This document shows, piece by piece, positions 50,385-62,797 of a DNA stretch of 64,000 bases. The position numbers were made by a program, and so were the translations under genes. Numbering within the stretch: the first letter of the stretch is position 1; each line of letters opens with the position of its first letter. The notes beneath the pieces are model-generated. The model saw nothing but the letters and a program-made list of their open reading frames with translations. It did no database searches and had not been told where the DNA came from. This DNA comes from Squalus acanthias (lineage: Eukaryota), in the NCBI GenBank assembly GCA_030390025.1, contig CM059432.1:145578001-145642000 (forward strand), given 5' to 3'.

Positions 50385-53300
50385 AAAAAAAATTTGTTCA
50401 TGGGATGTCGGGGGTCGCTGGCAAGACCAGCATTTATTGCCCATCCCTAGTTGCCCTTGAGAAGGTGGTGGTGAGCCACCTTCTTGAACTGCTGCAGTCT
50501 GTGTGGTGAAGGTACTCCCACAGTGCTGATAGGGAGGGAGTTCCAGGATTTTGACCCAGCGACGATGAAGGAACGGCGCTATATTTCCAATTGGAGGTGG
50601 TGGTGTTCCCATGCGCTTGCTACCCTTGTCCTTCTAGGTGGTAGAGGTCGTGGGTTTCGGAGGTGCTGCCGAAGAAGCATTGGCGAGTTGCTGCAATGCA
50701 TCTTTAAATGGTACACATTGCAGGTACGCCGATGGTGGAGGGAGTGAATGTTTAAGGTGGTGGATGGGGTGCCAATCAAGCGGGCTGCTTTGTATTGGAT
50801 GGTGTCAAGCTTCTTGAGTGTTGTTGGCGCTGCACTCATGCAGGCAAGTGGAGAGTATTCCATCACACTCCTGACTTGTGCCTTGTAGATGGTGGAAAGG
50901 CTTTGGGCAGTCTGGAGGTGAGACACTCGCCACAGAATACCCAGCCTCTGACCAGCTCGTGTTGCCACAGTATTAATGTGGCTGGTCCAGTTAAGTTTCT
51001 GGTCAATGGTGACCCCCAGGATATTGATGGTAGGGGATTCAGCGATGGTAATGACGTTGAATGTCAAAGGGCGGTGGTTAGACGCTCGCTTGTTGGAGAT
51101 AGTCATTGCCTGGCACTTGCGTGGCATGAATGTTACCTGCCACTTCTCAGCCCAAGCCTGAATGTCATCAAGGTCTTGCTGCATGCGGGCATGGACTGCT
51201 TCATTATCTGAGGATTTGTGAATGGCACTGAACACTGTACAGTCATCGGCGAACATCCCCACTTCTGACCTTATGATGGAGGGAAGTTCATTAATGAAGC
51301 AGCTGGGCCTAGGGCATTGCCCTGAGGAACTCCTGCAGCGATGATGATTGACCTCCAACCACCACAATCATCTTCCTTTGTGCTAGGTATGACTCCAGCC
51401 AGTGGAGAATTTTCCTTCTGATTCCCATTGACTTCAATTTAACTTGGGCTCCTTGATGCCACACTCGGTCAAATGCTGCCTTGATGTCAAGGGCAGTCAT
51501 TCTCACCTCACCTCTGGAATTCAGCTCTTTTGTCCATGTTTGGACCAAGGCTGTAATGAGATCTGGAGCCGAGTGGTCCTGGCAGAAACCAAACTGGGCA
51601 TTAGTGAGCAGGTTATTGGTGAGTAAATGCTGCTTGATAGCACTGTCGATGACACCTCCCATCACTTTACTAATGATTGAGAGTAGACTGATGGGACGGT
51701 AATTGGCCGAATTGGATTTGTCCAGCTTTTTGTGGACAGGATATACCTGGGCACTTTTCCACATTGTCGGGTAGATGCCAGAGTTATAGCTGTACTGGAA
51801 CAGCTTGGCTAGAGCCGCTACTAGTTCTGGAGCACAAGTCTTCAGCACGACAGCCGGGATGTTGTCGGGGCCCACGGCCTTTGCTGTATCCAGTGGGCTT
51901 AGCCATTTCTTGATATCACGTGGAGTGAATCGAATTGGCTGAAGACTGGCTTCTGTGGTGGTGGTGGTGGGGACCGATATGGATCATCCACTCGACACTT
52001 CTGGCTGAAAATGGTTGCAAATGCTTCAGCTTTGTCTTTTGCACTCACGTGCTGGGCTCCACCATCATTGAGGATGGGGATATTCGTGGAGCCTCCTCCT
52101 CCTGTTAGTTGTTTAATGGTTCACCACTGGATGTGGCAGGACTGCAGAGCTTTGATCTGATCCGTTGATTGTGGGATTGCTTAGCCCTGTCTATAGCATG
52201 CTGCTTCCGTTTTTTAGCATGCATGTAGTCCTGTGTTGCAGCTTCCCCAGGTTGGCACCGCATTTTTAGGTATGCCTGGTGCTACTCCTGGCATGCTCTT
52301 CTACACTCCTTATTGAACCAGGGTTTATCCCCTGGCTTGATGGTAATGGTAGAGTGAGGGATATGCCGGGCCATGAGGTTACAGATTGTGGTGGAATACA
52401 ATTCTGCTGCTGCTGATGGCCCACAGCGCCTCCTGGATGCCCGGTTTTGAGCTGCTAGATCTATTCTGAATCTATCCCATTTAGCACGGTGGTAGTATCA
52501 CACAGCACGATGGAGGCTGTCCTCAGTGTGAAGACGGGACTTCGTCTCCACAATGACTGTGCAGTGGTCACTGCTACCAATACTGTCATGGACAGATGCA
52601 TCTGCGACAGGTAGATTGGTGCGGATGAGGTCAAGTAGGTTTCTCCCTTGTGTTGGTTCTCTCACCACCTGTCGTAGGCCCAGACTGGCAGCTATGTCCT
52701 TCAGGACTCGGCCAGTCGTGGTGCTACCGAGCCGCCCTTGGTGATGGACATTGAAGTCCCCCACCCAGAGTACATTCTGTGCCCTTGCTACGCTCAGTGC
52801 TTCTTCCAAGTGGTGTTCAACATGGAGGAGTACAGATTCATCAGCTGAGGGAGGGCGGTAGGTTGTAATCAGCAGGAGGCTTCCTTTCCCATGCTTGACC
52901 TGAAGCCATGACTTCATGGGGTCCGGAGTCAATGTTGAGGACTCCCAGGCCCACGCCTTCCCGACTATATACCAGTGTGCCACCACCCCAGGGATGGTGA
53001 TGGAGGAGTTGGGACATTAGCTGAAAGGTATGATTCTGTCAGGCTGTTGTTTGACTAATCTGTGGGACAGCGCTCCCAATTTTGGCACAAGGCCCCAGAT
53101 GCTGGTGAGGAGGACTTTGCAGGGTCGACTGGGCTGGGTGTGCCATTGTCATGTCCGCAGCCGGTGCCAAGGCGATCTGTCCAGTTTTATTCTTATTTGT
53201 ACTGAGTGGCTTGCTGGGCCATTTCAGAGGGCAGTTAAGAATCAACCATATTGCTGTGAGTCTGGAGTCACATAATCAGGTAAGGGTGGCAGATTTCCTT

Positions 53301-53940
53301 CCCTAAATGGGCAACACGGTGGCATAGTGGTTAGCACTGGTGCCTCACAGCGCCAGAGACCCGGGTTCGAATCTGACCTCGGGTGACTGTCTGTGTGGAG
53401 TTTGCACATTCTCCCCGTGTCTGCGTGGGTTTCCTCCGGGTGCTCCGGTTTCCTCCCACAGTCCAAAAATGTGTGGGTTAGGTTGATTTGGCTATGATAA
53501 ATTGACCCTTAGTGTTAGGGGGGATTAAATATGTGGGGTTATGGGGATAGGATGGGATATGTTAGGGGGAATTAAATACGTGGGGTTACGGGGGTAGGGT
53601 GGGATATGTGTACTGTGGGGATTAAAGCAGGGACAGGGTACTGGATTTGGATGATTAGCCATGATCGTATTGAATGGCGGAGCAGGCTCGACGGGCCGAA
53701 TGGCCTACTCCTGCTCCTAGATTCTATGTATGTTTCTAAATGACATTAGTGAACCATATGGGGTTTTACGATAGTTTCATGGTCACCATTACTGATACTA
53801 GCTTTTTATTTCAGATTTATTTAATTAACTGAATTTAACTTCCTCAGCTGCCATGGTGGGATTTGAACTCACGTCGCTGGATCATTAGTCCAGGTCTACT
53901 GCATTACCAGTCCAATAACATAACCACTATGCTACTGTTC
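50385..53940 (-). mobile_element. CR1/L2-group LINE of a second family (APE plus RT), decayed, preceded by a tRNA-like head
   Basis: APE TTYRPP, WVGDFNVHH, LDLIRT, SSDH; RT NYRPISLLS, QFGF, LDIKAAFDRVWH, MFADDC. A-box and B-box-like motifs lie at 53924-53934 and 53860-53870. Confidence 0.85.
53309..53735 (+). mobile_element. HE1-type tRNA-derived SINE (V-SINE superfamily) with a CR1-derived tail
   Basis: A box tggcatagtgg, B box gggttcgaatc, V-domain ctgtgtggagtttgcacattctccccgtgtctgcgtgggtttcctccgggtgctccggtttcctccc, tail gggccgaatggcctactcctgctcc, TSD CTAAAT(G). Confidence 0.9.
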
Positions 53941-56900
53941 CCTTTACAAAACAAAAAAACAGAAAGTAGGGGTTAAAGGTAGTTACCTGGATTAGCAAAT
54001 GGTGTGAAGTGGTGTTCCACGCTGGGACCACTTGTTCACCATTTACATAAACGATTTGGACTCGGAAGTACAATTTCAAAATTTGCAGATGACACCAAAT
54101 TGGGGGGTGTAATTAATGCAGTGGAGGACTGAGACAACGTCTACTGGAACATTAGTCCAGGACCTCTGGATTACTAGTCCAGTAACATAACCACTATGCT
54201 ACCGTTCAGATTGAGTAGCAGAGCAACATTCACTGTCAAGGCTCACACACGAGGAATAGCTACTTGGGTATCCGAGCCAACTGAGTCAGTGCCTTCAGAA
54301 AATCAGAAGCAGAAGAAAATATAATCCCATAATAGCGTGCAAGGTATATATAAAGAGAACACTGGCTGAAGCCACAGTATCACACACAGCAACATACGGC
54401 ACTGTATTTGTCTATTTATGAATCTGATTCTTCTGTACTAAAACCATTGATTAACGTGCCGGACTATATTCAACACCAGTCTTTCACGAAATGCAATGAT
54501 AGAATTTCAATTAACTTATCCTACCGAAATTCTGTACATGAAGAACTTTGTACCTCACGTCAAAATGAGTTGATGCTGGTTCTTGTTTGTAGCTCAAAAA
54601 AATAGTGAAGGAAGTCACTGCTGCAATATGGAAGCAACGTACTGACACTCAGGAAGAGGTGGGGCAAACGATGACCATACAACAGAAAATTCTTATCGGT
54701 TCATGCACCAATATTGCATCTGTGGCTACAGGTTATACATAGAAATACGTAGAAGTTACAACACAGGTCTGTGTGGTCACTTAGCCTCCTCACGAGACAT
54801 TCACAGGTTAACTGCAAGGTTTAACTCAGTAAAATATACAGCTGTACCTATGTGTGAGCTTAAATGTGACCTTATAAGAGGGTACTTGGCTTGTGAGAAC
54901 ATTTTACGGTTTTATACCACTGGGTATTTCTGACCAGCACATTAGGGAGGCTATCAGTTGAAAATGAAAAAAGAAATAAAAACCTGCAAATGCTGGAAAC
55001 TTGAAATAAAAGCAGAAAATGCTGGAAACACACAGCAGGTCAAGAAGCATCTGTAAAGAGAAACGGTAGGTTAATGTTTTAGTTGTTGGGCCCTTCATAA
55101 GAATGAAAACTGGAAGCAAAGAACCTTTCTTGGAGGAAATGTAGCAAAAGAAAGGGGACAACAACAGATTAAAATAAAGTTGGCGATGCTGAGCTCTGGG
55201 AAGCTGTGAATGGGCTGATTATGTTTTCAGGAACTGGTGGATGATATGTAAAGATCATATCAATCCGAAAGTGAAATGAACAAATGGCTACATAAATGGG
55301 AAGTACACAGCCAAGATACCTGCAACTGACCTTCCAAAATGGAGGTGAATAAAATGGATAGTGGATGGCAATAGTGCAGGGTAGCGATATGGGCAATGCA
55401 AACCAGAGTGTGACAGGAAGGGACAGAGCGTACAAACATAAGAGTGCACCAGCAAATAAGGTCAGAGTAGGGAAAAATGATAAAAAAGACAAAATTAAAG
55501 GCTCTTTATCTGAATGCACGCAGCATTCGTAACAAGCCATCACAGAGATATGGTTGCAATGTAACCAAGGCTGGGAACTGAATATTCAGGGGTATTTGAT
55601 ATTTCGGATGGATAGACAGAAAGGAAAAGGAGGTGGGGTAGCTCTGTTAATAAAGGATGAGATCAGTACAATAGTGAGAAATGATCTTGGCTCAGAAGTT
55701 CCAGATGTAGAATTAATTTGGGTGGAGGTAAGAAATAGTAAGGGAAAGAAGGCACTCGTGGGAGTAGTTTATAAGCAGCTACACTATAGGACAGAATATA
55801 AATCAAGAAATAATGGGGGCTTGTAAGAAAGGTACTGCAATAATCGTGGGCGATTTTAATCTTCATATAAATTGGACAAATCAAATTGGCAAAAGCAGCC
55901 TTAAGGACGAGTTCATAGTGTATTCGGGACAGTTTCTTGGAACAATACATTGTGGAACCGACCAGGGAACAGGCTATTTTAGATCTGGTAATGTGTAATG
56001 AAACAGGATTAATTAATGATCTCATAGTAAAGGATCCTCTAGGGAAGAGTGATCATAACATGTTAGAATTCCACATTCAGTTTGAAAGTGAGAAACTTGG
56101 GTCTGAAACTAGAGTATTAAACTTAAATAAAGGCAATTACAAAGGTATGAGGAGAGAGTTGGCTAAAGTGGACTGGGAAAATAGATTAGAAGGTAAGACG
56201 GTAGAAAAGCAGTGGCAGACATTTAAAGAGATATTTCATGACTCTCAACAAAGATATATTTCAGTGAGAAAGAAAGACTCGAAAAGAAGGATGAACCAAC
56301 CATGGCTAACCAAGGAAGTTAAGGATGGTACCAAATTGAAAGAAAAGGCATACAATGTTGCAAAGATTAATGGTAGGCCAGAAGATTGGGAAAATTTTAG
56401 AAACCAGCAAAGGATGACTAAAAAAATAATAAAGAGGGAGAAAATAGCTTATGAGAGTAAACTAGCAAGAAATCTAAAAACTGACAGTAAGAGCTTCTAC
56501 AAGTATATAAAAAGGAAGAGAGTAGCTAAAATAAACGTTGGTCCCTTAGGGGAAAAAATAATGGGAAACAAGGAAAATGCAGAGGCATTGAACAAATATT
56601 TTATATCTGTCTTCACAGTAGAAGACACCAAAAACATCCCAGTAATCGTAGAAAATCAAGGGGCAAAAGGGAGGGAGGAACTTCAAACAATCACTATCAC
56701 TAGAGAAAAAGTGCTAGGCAAACTTATGGATCTAAAGGCTGACAAGTCCCCTGGACTTGATGGCCAGCATCCTAGGGTCTTAAAAGAAGTGGCTACAGAG
56801 ATAGTGGATGCATTGGTTGTAATCTTCCAAAATTCCCTTGACTCTGGAAAAGTCCCTGCGGATTGGAAAACCGCAAATGTAAGGCCCTTATTCAAAAAAG

Positions 56901-57637
56901 GAGGGAGACAGAAAGCAGGAAACTATAGGCCAGTTAGCCTAACATCTGTCATTGGCAAAATGCTTGAATCCATTATTAAGGAAGTAGTAGCAGGGCATTT
57001 AGAAAATCATAATACAATCAAACAGGGTCAACATGGTTTTATGAAAGGGAAATTGTGTTTGACAAATCTATTAGAGTTCTTTGAGGAGGTAACGAGTAGG
57101 GTGGATAAAGGGGAACCAGTCGATATGGGGGGAAAAATTCAGTTGTTTGCGCCTCCCGTTAGCGCCTTAAGAGGGCGCTAATGGGGCGCAAAGCAGCTAG
57201 CGCCCGGGCGCAGCGATGTTTGCGCCGCTCGCGAACTTAACTAGACATTTTGCGGCGGCGCTAAACTTTATCGCCGCGATCTCCTGCGCACGCAGATTGT
57301 GACGTCATACGAGAGTGCAACGCCCTGGTGGCGCCCCGGAGCAGAATTTCACTGGCGCCCCCATCCTTACCGCCTGGCGCATCCAACGACCGGTAGAGTG
57401 GAACGCTAACAATCGCTGTGGGGCTGGGAGGGGCGCTATTTAAAGGGGGCCTCTTCCTGTCTTTCTCTGTGGTTGACATTTTTACACCACTCGTTCTGAG
57501 AGAGAGAGAGAGATTCGGAGAGAGAGAAAGAGAGACTTCTGCATTGAGTCAACGCTGTGTGAGGTAGTTTTGGCTACTCATCCTAACTTCGCTGGTACTT
57601 TGGTTTCTGGCCTTCATAACTTTGCTTGCTAAGAGAT

Positions 57638-58801
57638 ATGGGGGCTGCACTGATGGGGGGCGTCGTCCTGCTCCAGCTGAATCGGAGGAGACAGAGACGC
57701 AGAGAGAGAGTGGCAATGATGGCCAGACGGAGGAGGGCCAACAGGCGTCTGTACAGGAGAGCTTACCCTCCCAGGGTATATCGTGAACAGCTCTCCTACA
57801 TTCATATGTCTGAGGAGCAGTGTCTGTGAAGGCTGCGCTTCAGCAAGGAGGTGGTCACTGAGCTCTGCCACCTGCTGCAGCCAGATCTGCAGCCTCAACT
57901 GAGGTCCAGGACGTCTCTGTCGGTGGCAGTGAAGGTCACAGTGGCTCTGAACTTTTATGCTACTGGCTCATTTCAATCTGCTGTTGGGGACATCGCCAAT
58001 ATCTCCCAGTTCGCGGTGCATTGCTGCATCCGGAAGGTCACAAATGCCCTCTTTAAAAGGAGACGAGAGTTCATCTCTTTCCCCATGACCCCAGACAAGC
58101 AGCAAGAACGCGCTCTGGGCTTTGCGAGGATAGCGGGCTTCCCCATGGTGCAGGGCGCCATTGACTGTACGCATGTGGCTTTGCGTGCTCCGCATGAGAA
58201 TGCCGAGGATTTCCGGAACAGAAAGGGGTTCCATTCCTTGAATGTTCAGTTGGTCTGTGACCACAGACAGCTGATACTCGCTGTCAATGCCCACTATCCT
58301 GGCAGCTGCCACGATGCTTTCATCCTGCGCCAGACTACTGTGGCAGAACTTTTCGAGGCACCGCATCAGCCAGTTGGTTGGCTTCTCGGGGACAAGGGGT
58401 ATCCACTGAGCACCTGGCTGATGACACCGCTCCGTACGCCCAACACCCCTGCTGAGCTGCGGTACAACGAGAGCCATCAAGCTACCAGGAACATCGTGGA
58501 GCACGCAATCGGCGTGTTCAAGCAACGGTTTCGCTGTCTCGACCATTCTGGAGGAGCCCTGCAGTACTCGCCTGAGCGAGTTTCCAACATCGTAGTTGTG
58601 TGCTGCATGCTGCATAACATGGCAATCCTCAGGACCCAGCCAATGCCACCAGGCCTTGGAGCACCACCAGAGGAGGAGGAGGAGGAAGAGGAGGAAGAGG
58701 AGGAGGAGGATGATCAGCAGCAGCACCAAGGCGTGAGGGCGGCCCACAATGGTGAAACTGCAAGGGCCGTCCGTCAGCGGCTGATAGCAAGCCGCTTCTA
58801 G
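57638..58801 (+). pseudogene. Harbinger transposase with a nonsense mutation
   Basis: CGA>TGA at 57827-57829 relative to copy 1. The remainder is open and keeps GAIDCTH / GDKGY / VEHAIG. Confidence 0.9.
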
Positions 58802-59112
58802 GCCCCTGCTGTGGAAATGGCTTCTGCCATTGAGAACAGCATGAATGAACCCAACACGCAACCCCTAAGCCGGCCAAGGCACCAATGATTCCAAACACCA
58901 AACATGTATATTTTGAGTACCAAAACTTATTTATTTTACAAACTCTGTGTGTGTCATTTCTTCATGACAAACTCATACAAATAAACACAAAAAAACAGAC
59001 ATTACCATAACTGGTTCTCACAACCTGGAGATCATGTGCAAAACACTCAACAAAAGTTTGACCACGAACCTCAGCCTTTAATAAAAAAATGACCAGCATT
59101 TTGTCACACCTC

Positions 59113-61009
59113 CTACATCGAGGGTGAACTCCTTCCCGTGCGCCCTTCCCCCCTTCTTACCCTACTGCTCCTCCGCAATGGGACCTCAGTGGCTGCAGCA
59201 AGGCTGGTGGAAGGCTGCTGACTGTCAGGCCCTGACAATGCAGATGCCCTTGAGGGACGGCCTCGACCAGTTCTGGGCCTGGAGGGCCCGGCTGCAGACT
59301 GCACCAACTCTGCATGGGCGGCAGCAGTCTGTCCTACAGGCGGTGGCAACTGCAGTGGAGAAGTGACAGTGGTGGCAGCAGGAATGCTGTCATCTTGAGC
59401 GAGGACAGCAACTCCCTGCTGACCGGCACACTGGCACTCCCACAGGGCAGCAGCTCAGCATCCGGAGCAATCTGCTGGAGCACAGATTGCTGGCCTGCTG
59501 CGGCGCGGTGAGAGCCCCGGGGAAATGTGAACGAACCAGCGAGGATGGCAGCAGACAGTGCTCGCGTGCCCTCAATCTGAGTCTGCATGAGAGCAGTCTG
59601 AGATTGAATTGCAGCACTGAGCTTCAGTGTCGCATCCGCCTGCGCTGCAGCGAAGTGCTCCACACTCCTTGCCAGTGCTTCAATGCATTCGGGCACCCTA
59701 CCCACTGCAGCCATGAGCTCAGTGTGCATGCCCACCGCCTGGGTGTTCATTTCCGCGATCAGCCGCTCCTCCTCTGCGTCCAGTGCAGCAGGACTCGCTG
59801 GCATACTCTCCCTCCGGGCAGAAGGTCCCCGAGCTTCCCTACCCCCATCGCGTTGCTGCAGCCCGCTGGGTCCTGGAGCTTCACCCTCATCAGACCCTTC
59901 CCCCCTGCTCCCCTCCAGGGAAGGCGTGTTCCCAGTGTCGGCATGGGCTTCCTCGGGAGAGGGTGGCACTGATGCTCCGGCTTCCTCTTCCTCCTCGGCT
60001 GCAGCTTCACTTCCACTGGCAGCTTCAGGGCCCGTCTCCTCAGCTGGTGAATCACCATCTGAAAGCAGGGAGGTACAAGAGTGGCTTTAGCGTGAGGACA
60101 GGGTGGCAGTAAGGGAGGAATAAGTGCAGCGAGTTAGTAAGTTGGATTGAAAGTGTCAAAGGCTGGTGTTGTGAGGGACAAGTGGAAGGACAGAGGACAA
60201 AAAGGTGATGACCTTACCATTGCTGTCCAGAACGGGGTCGGCGTCTCCAGTGGCGACGGGACCGATCACCCGGCTTGCCACAATCCTGTGGACGCGCTCC
60301 TCAAGATCACTGAGGGGTTGCAGCTGAGGCCGCCCTCCACCCGTCCGTTGCTGCTGTCTCCTATTATGCGCCAGCTTGGCCTGCAAGAAAAAGGACAGCA
60401 TCTGAGTAAATATACAGCCATGGTCTTGCCTGATGTGCCTCCCATAGGTGAATAGCCCTTACTGTATACAGCCATGTTCTTGCCTGATGTGCCTCCCATA
60501 GGTGAATAGCCCTTACTGTATACAGCCATGGTCTTGCCTGATGTGCCTCCCATAGGTGAATAGCCCTTACTGTATGCAGCCATGGTCTTGCCTGATGTGC
60601 CTCCCATAGGTGAATAGCCCTTACTGTATGCAAAGTATGGAATGTGTGTGTGTGCTTCATGAAAGGGCCATAGGTGTTGGATGAGTGTTGTTAATTGTGG
60701 TTTTAAGACCCTCTGGCCATAGAGTGAGGTTGAGATGGAGGGATGGAGAGGTATTGCAAAAAAGCCACTCACCCTGACGACCCGAGTGAGGTCGTTGAAC
60801 TTTTTCCAGCATTGGACATGGGTCCTGGGCACCATGCTCCTGGAGGAGACGCGCTGAGCCACCTCCTTCCACACTCTTCTGTAGTCGCGCGGCAAAGGCC
60901 TCCTGCCACTCTCTGGGTACAGTATTGCTCTTCGGCGCTCCACCGCGCCAACCAGAGCATCCAAGGCCCGCTCGGTGAAGCGCTCAGCTCGTTCTCTCGC
61001 CCTCTCCAT
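59113..61009 (-). pseudogene. Harbinger Myb/SANT gene (exons 61009-60773, 60380-60218, 60058-59113) with a 1-bp deletion
   Basis: Same exon 1 and 2 sizes (237, 163 nt) as copy 1. A frameshift at about 59420 truncates the basic C-terminus. Confidence 0.85.
60411..60631. repeat. 54-bp minisatellite (4 units) in Myb-gene intron 1
   Basis: Units at 60416, 60470, 60524 and 60578. Confidence 0.95.
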
Positions 61010-61690
61010 CCTTGGCTGGAAAATGGAATCTCAGGTCTCTCCAGGTCGAGATTCAAGACTGCAATGAGCAGGGTGTGGCTGGGGAGCAAGATCGCCCCCC
61101 ACCTTTAAGAACTGGCCGGCGCCAGTGTGTCTGTGTTCCCTCGCTAACTGGCAGCACCTGCGCTGCGCTCGCGCTCTGAGTTAGCGCCTCAATCCTCGGC
61201 CTTTGCGCCTTAAGACAGGTGTGCAGCGCCTGATTTAGCGCTCCAATCACCTCCCGGGGCGTTAAAAGTGAAGTTTCCAGTCAGTGGCGATAATTAGCGC
61301 CAGGCGCTAATTTTTGCTCCCGGACGATATTTGCGCCCCAAATGGGGCGCGAATGAATTTTTCCCCCATGGTGTATTTGGATTTCCAAAAGGCATTCGAC
61401 AAGGTGCCACATAAAAGGATACTGTATAAGATGAGAGCTCATGGTGTTGGGTCTAATATATTAGATTGGATAGAGGATTGGCTAACTAACAGAAAACAGA
61501 GAGTTGGGATAAATGGGTCATTTTCAGGATGGCAATCTGTAACTAGTGGGGTGCCACAGGGATCAGTGCTGGGGCCTCAACTATTTTCAATCTATATTAA
61601 TGACTTGGATGAAGGAAGCAAGTGTACTGTAGCCAAATTTGCAAACGATACAAAGATAGGTGGGAAAGCAAGTTGTGAGGAGGACATAAA

Positions 61691-62525
61691 GGGGGTGATT
61701 TTGCCAATGGGAAGCTTTTGGAGGCGGGACTCCCACTTGTCGGGTTTCAGTCCCGCGTCCATCAACTTCTGGCCAACCCATGCTATTTTCCCTTGTATGA
61801 CCCTGTTAAGCCCGCCCAGCGGGCTTAGCAGACCAATTGAGGGAAAGCCGATTGCAGAGAACATCAACGTATGATGTTTCATCTGTCAAAAATTTTTGAT
61901 CGATGAATTGTCATCATTTGACAGCTCTGTGAAGCTGTCAAACACTGACATTCTCTGTACTTTGATGAGGTCTTGAATTCAAGACCTCATCAAACCTCTT
62001 TCTTTTGCAGAAATGAGATGGTTGTTGCATTGGAGAATGCAACGGCCATCTGTCATCTCTACCGCGAAGGTGCGAGACTCTCCGAATACCCACCGACTGA
62101 AGCCTGCAGGAAGAAACAAAGGTAAGTACACTTTTTCTAACACTTTCCACTTACTTCAGACACTCACCTCTCCACACTTGCACCCATCACTTACCTTCAC
62201 AGCGCACTTTTGCACCCCTCCGACTCCGGCAGACCCACTACTCGCCTCGGTGACCCTGGCGGGGTTCGGAGCCTTCATGAAGCCCTCACTTGTGTGGGCA
62301 AAATGGTGATAAGCCTATTTTCTGCCTGTTAACTACCTGTTAACAGGCAGTTAAGTGGCCGTAATCCCTTACCGCCTCCAAGGAGACGGAAACCGGCGCG
62401 AGACGGCTACCCGCCTCCTGGCAAGATGGCACCGAGATGGGTTGGGCACCCGCCCCCAAATTCTGCCATTTTCCCAGCAGTCCCGCCTCCATACCCGCCT
62501 CCCCAGGGCTTGCAAGATCGCGCCC
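61691..62525. mobile_element. Harbinger MITE (835 bp) inserted in CR1
   Basis: TIRs GGGGGTGATTTTGC / GCAAGATCGCGCCC and TSD AAA/AAA. Its removal restores gaggacataaa|gagtctgc. Confidence 0.88.
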
Positions 62526-62797
62526 AAAGAGTCTGCAAAGGGATATAGATAGGTTAAGTGAGTGGGCAAGAATTTGGCAGATGGAGTATAATGTGAAGTT
62601 ATCCACTTTGGTAGGAAGAATAGAAAAGAAAAATATTATTTAAATGGAGAAAGACTACATAATGCGGCGGTACAGAGGGATTTGGTTGTCCTCGTACATG
62701 AAACACAAAAGGTTAACATGCAGGTGCAGCAAGTAATTAGAAAGGCAAATGGAATGTTGGCCTTTATTTCAAGGGGTATAGAGTATAAAAGTAGGGA

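Larger units (their letters stand above)
57128..61367. mobile_element. PIF/Harbinger transposon copy 2 (full length, inactivated)
   Basis: Perfect 14-bp TIR GGGGGAAAAATTCA, TSD ATG/ATG, and colinearity with copy 1. Confidence 0.95.
55355..62797 (+). mobile_element. Near-full-length CR1 ORF2 host, split by Harbinger copy 2 and a MITE
   Basis: APE (LNARSI, GDFNLH, SDHN) and RT up to EPVDM at 57127. It resumes VYLDFQKAFDKVPH at 61371 and again at 62529 after the MITE. Confidence 0.9.

Noticed and set aside
53309..53380. tRNA gene
   Set aside because: The tRNA-like segment is the head of an HE1-type SINE with a V-domain, CR1 tail and TSD.
55065..55105. Hammerhead ribozyme in a Penelope-type terminal repeat
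   Set aside because: The CTGATGA and GAAA core boxes are degenerate here and at about 33730-33760; no intact ribozyme can be supported.
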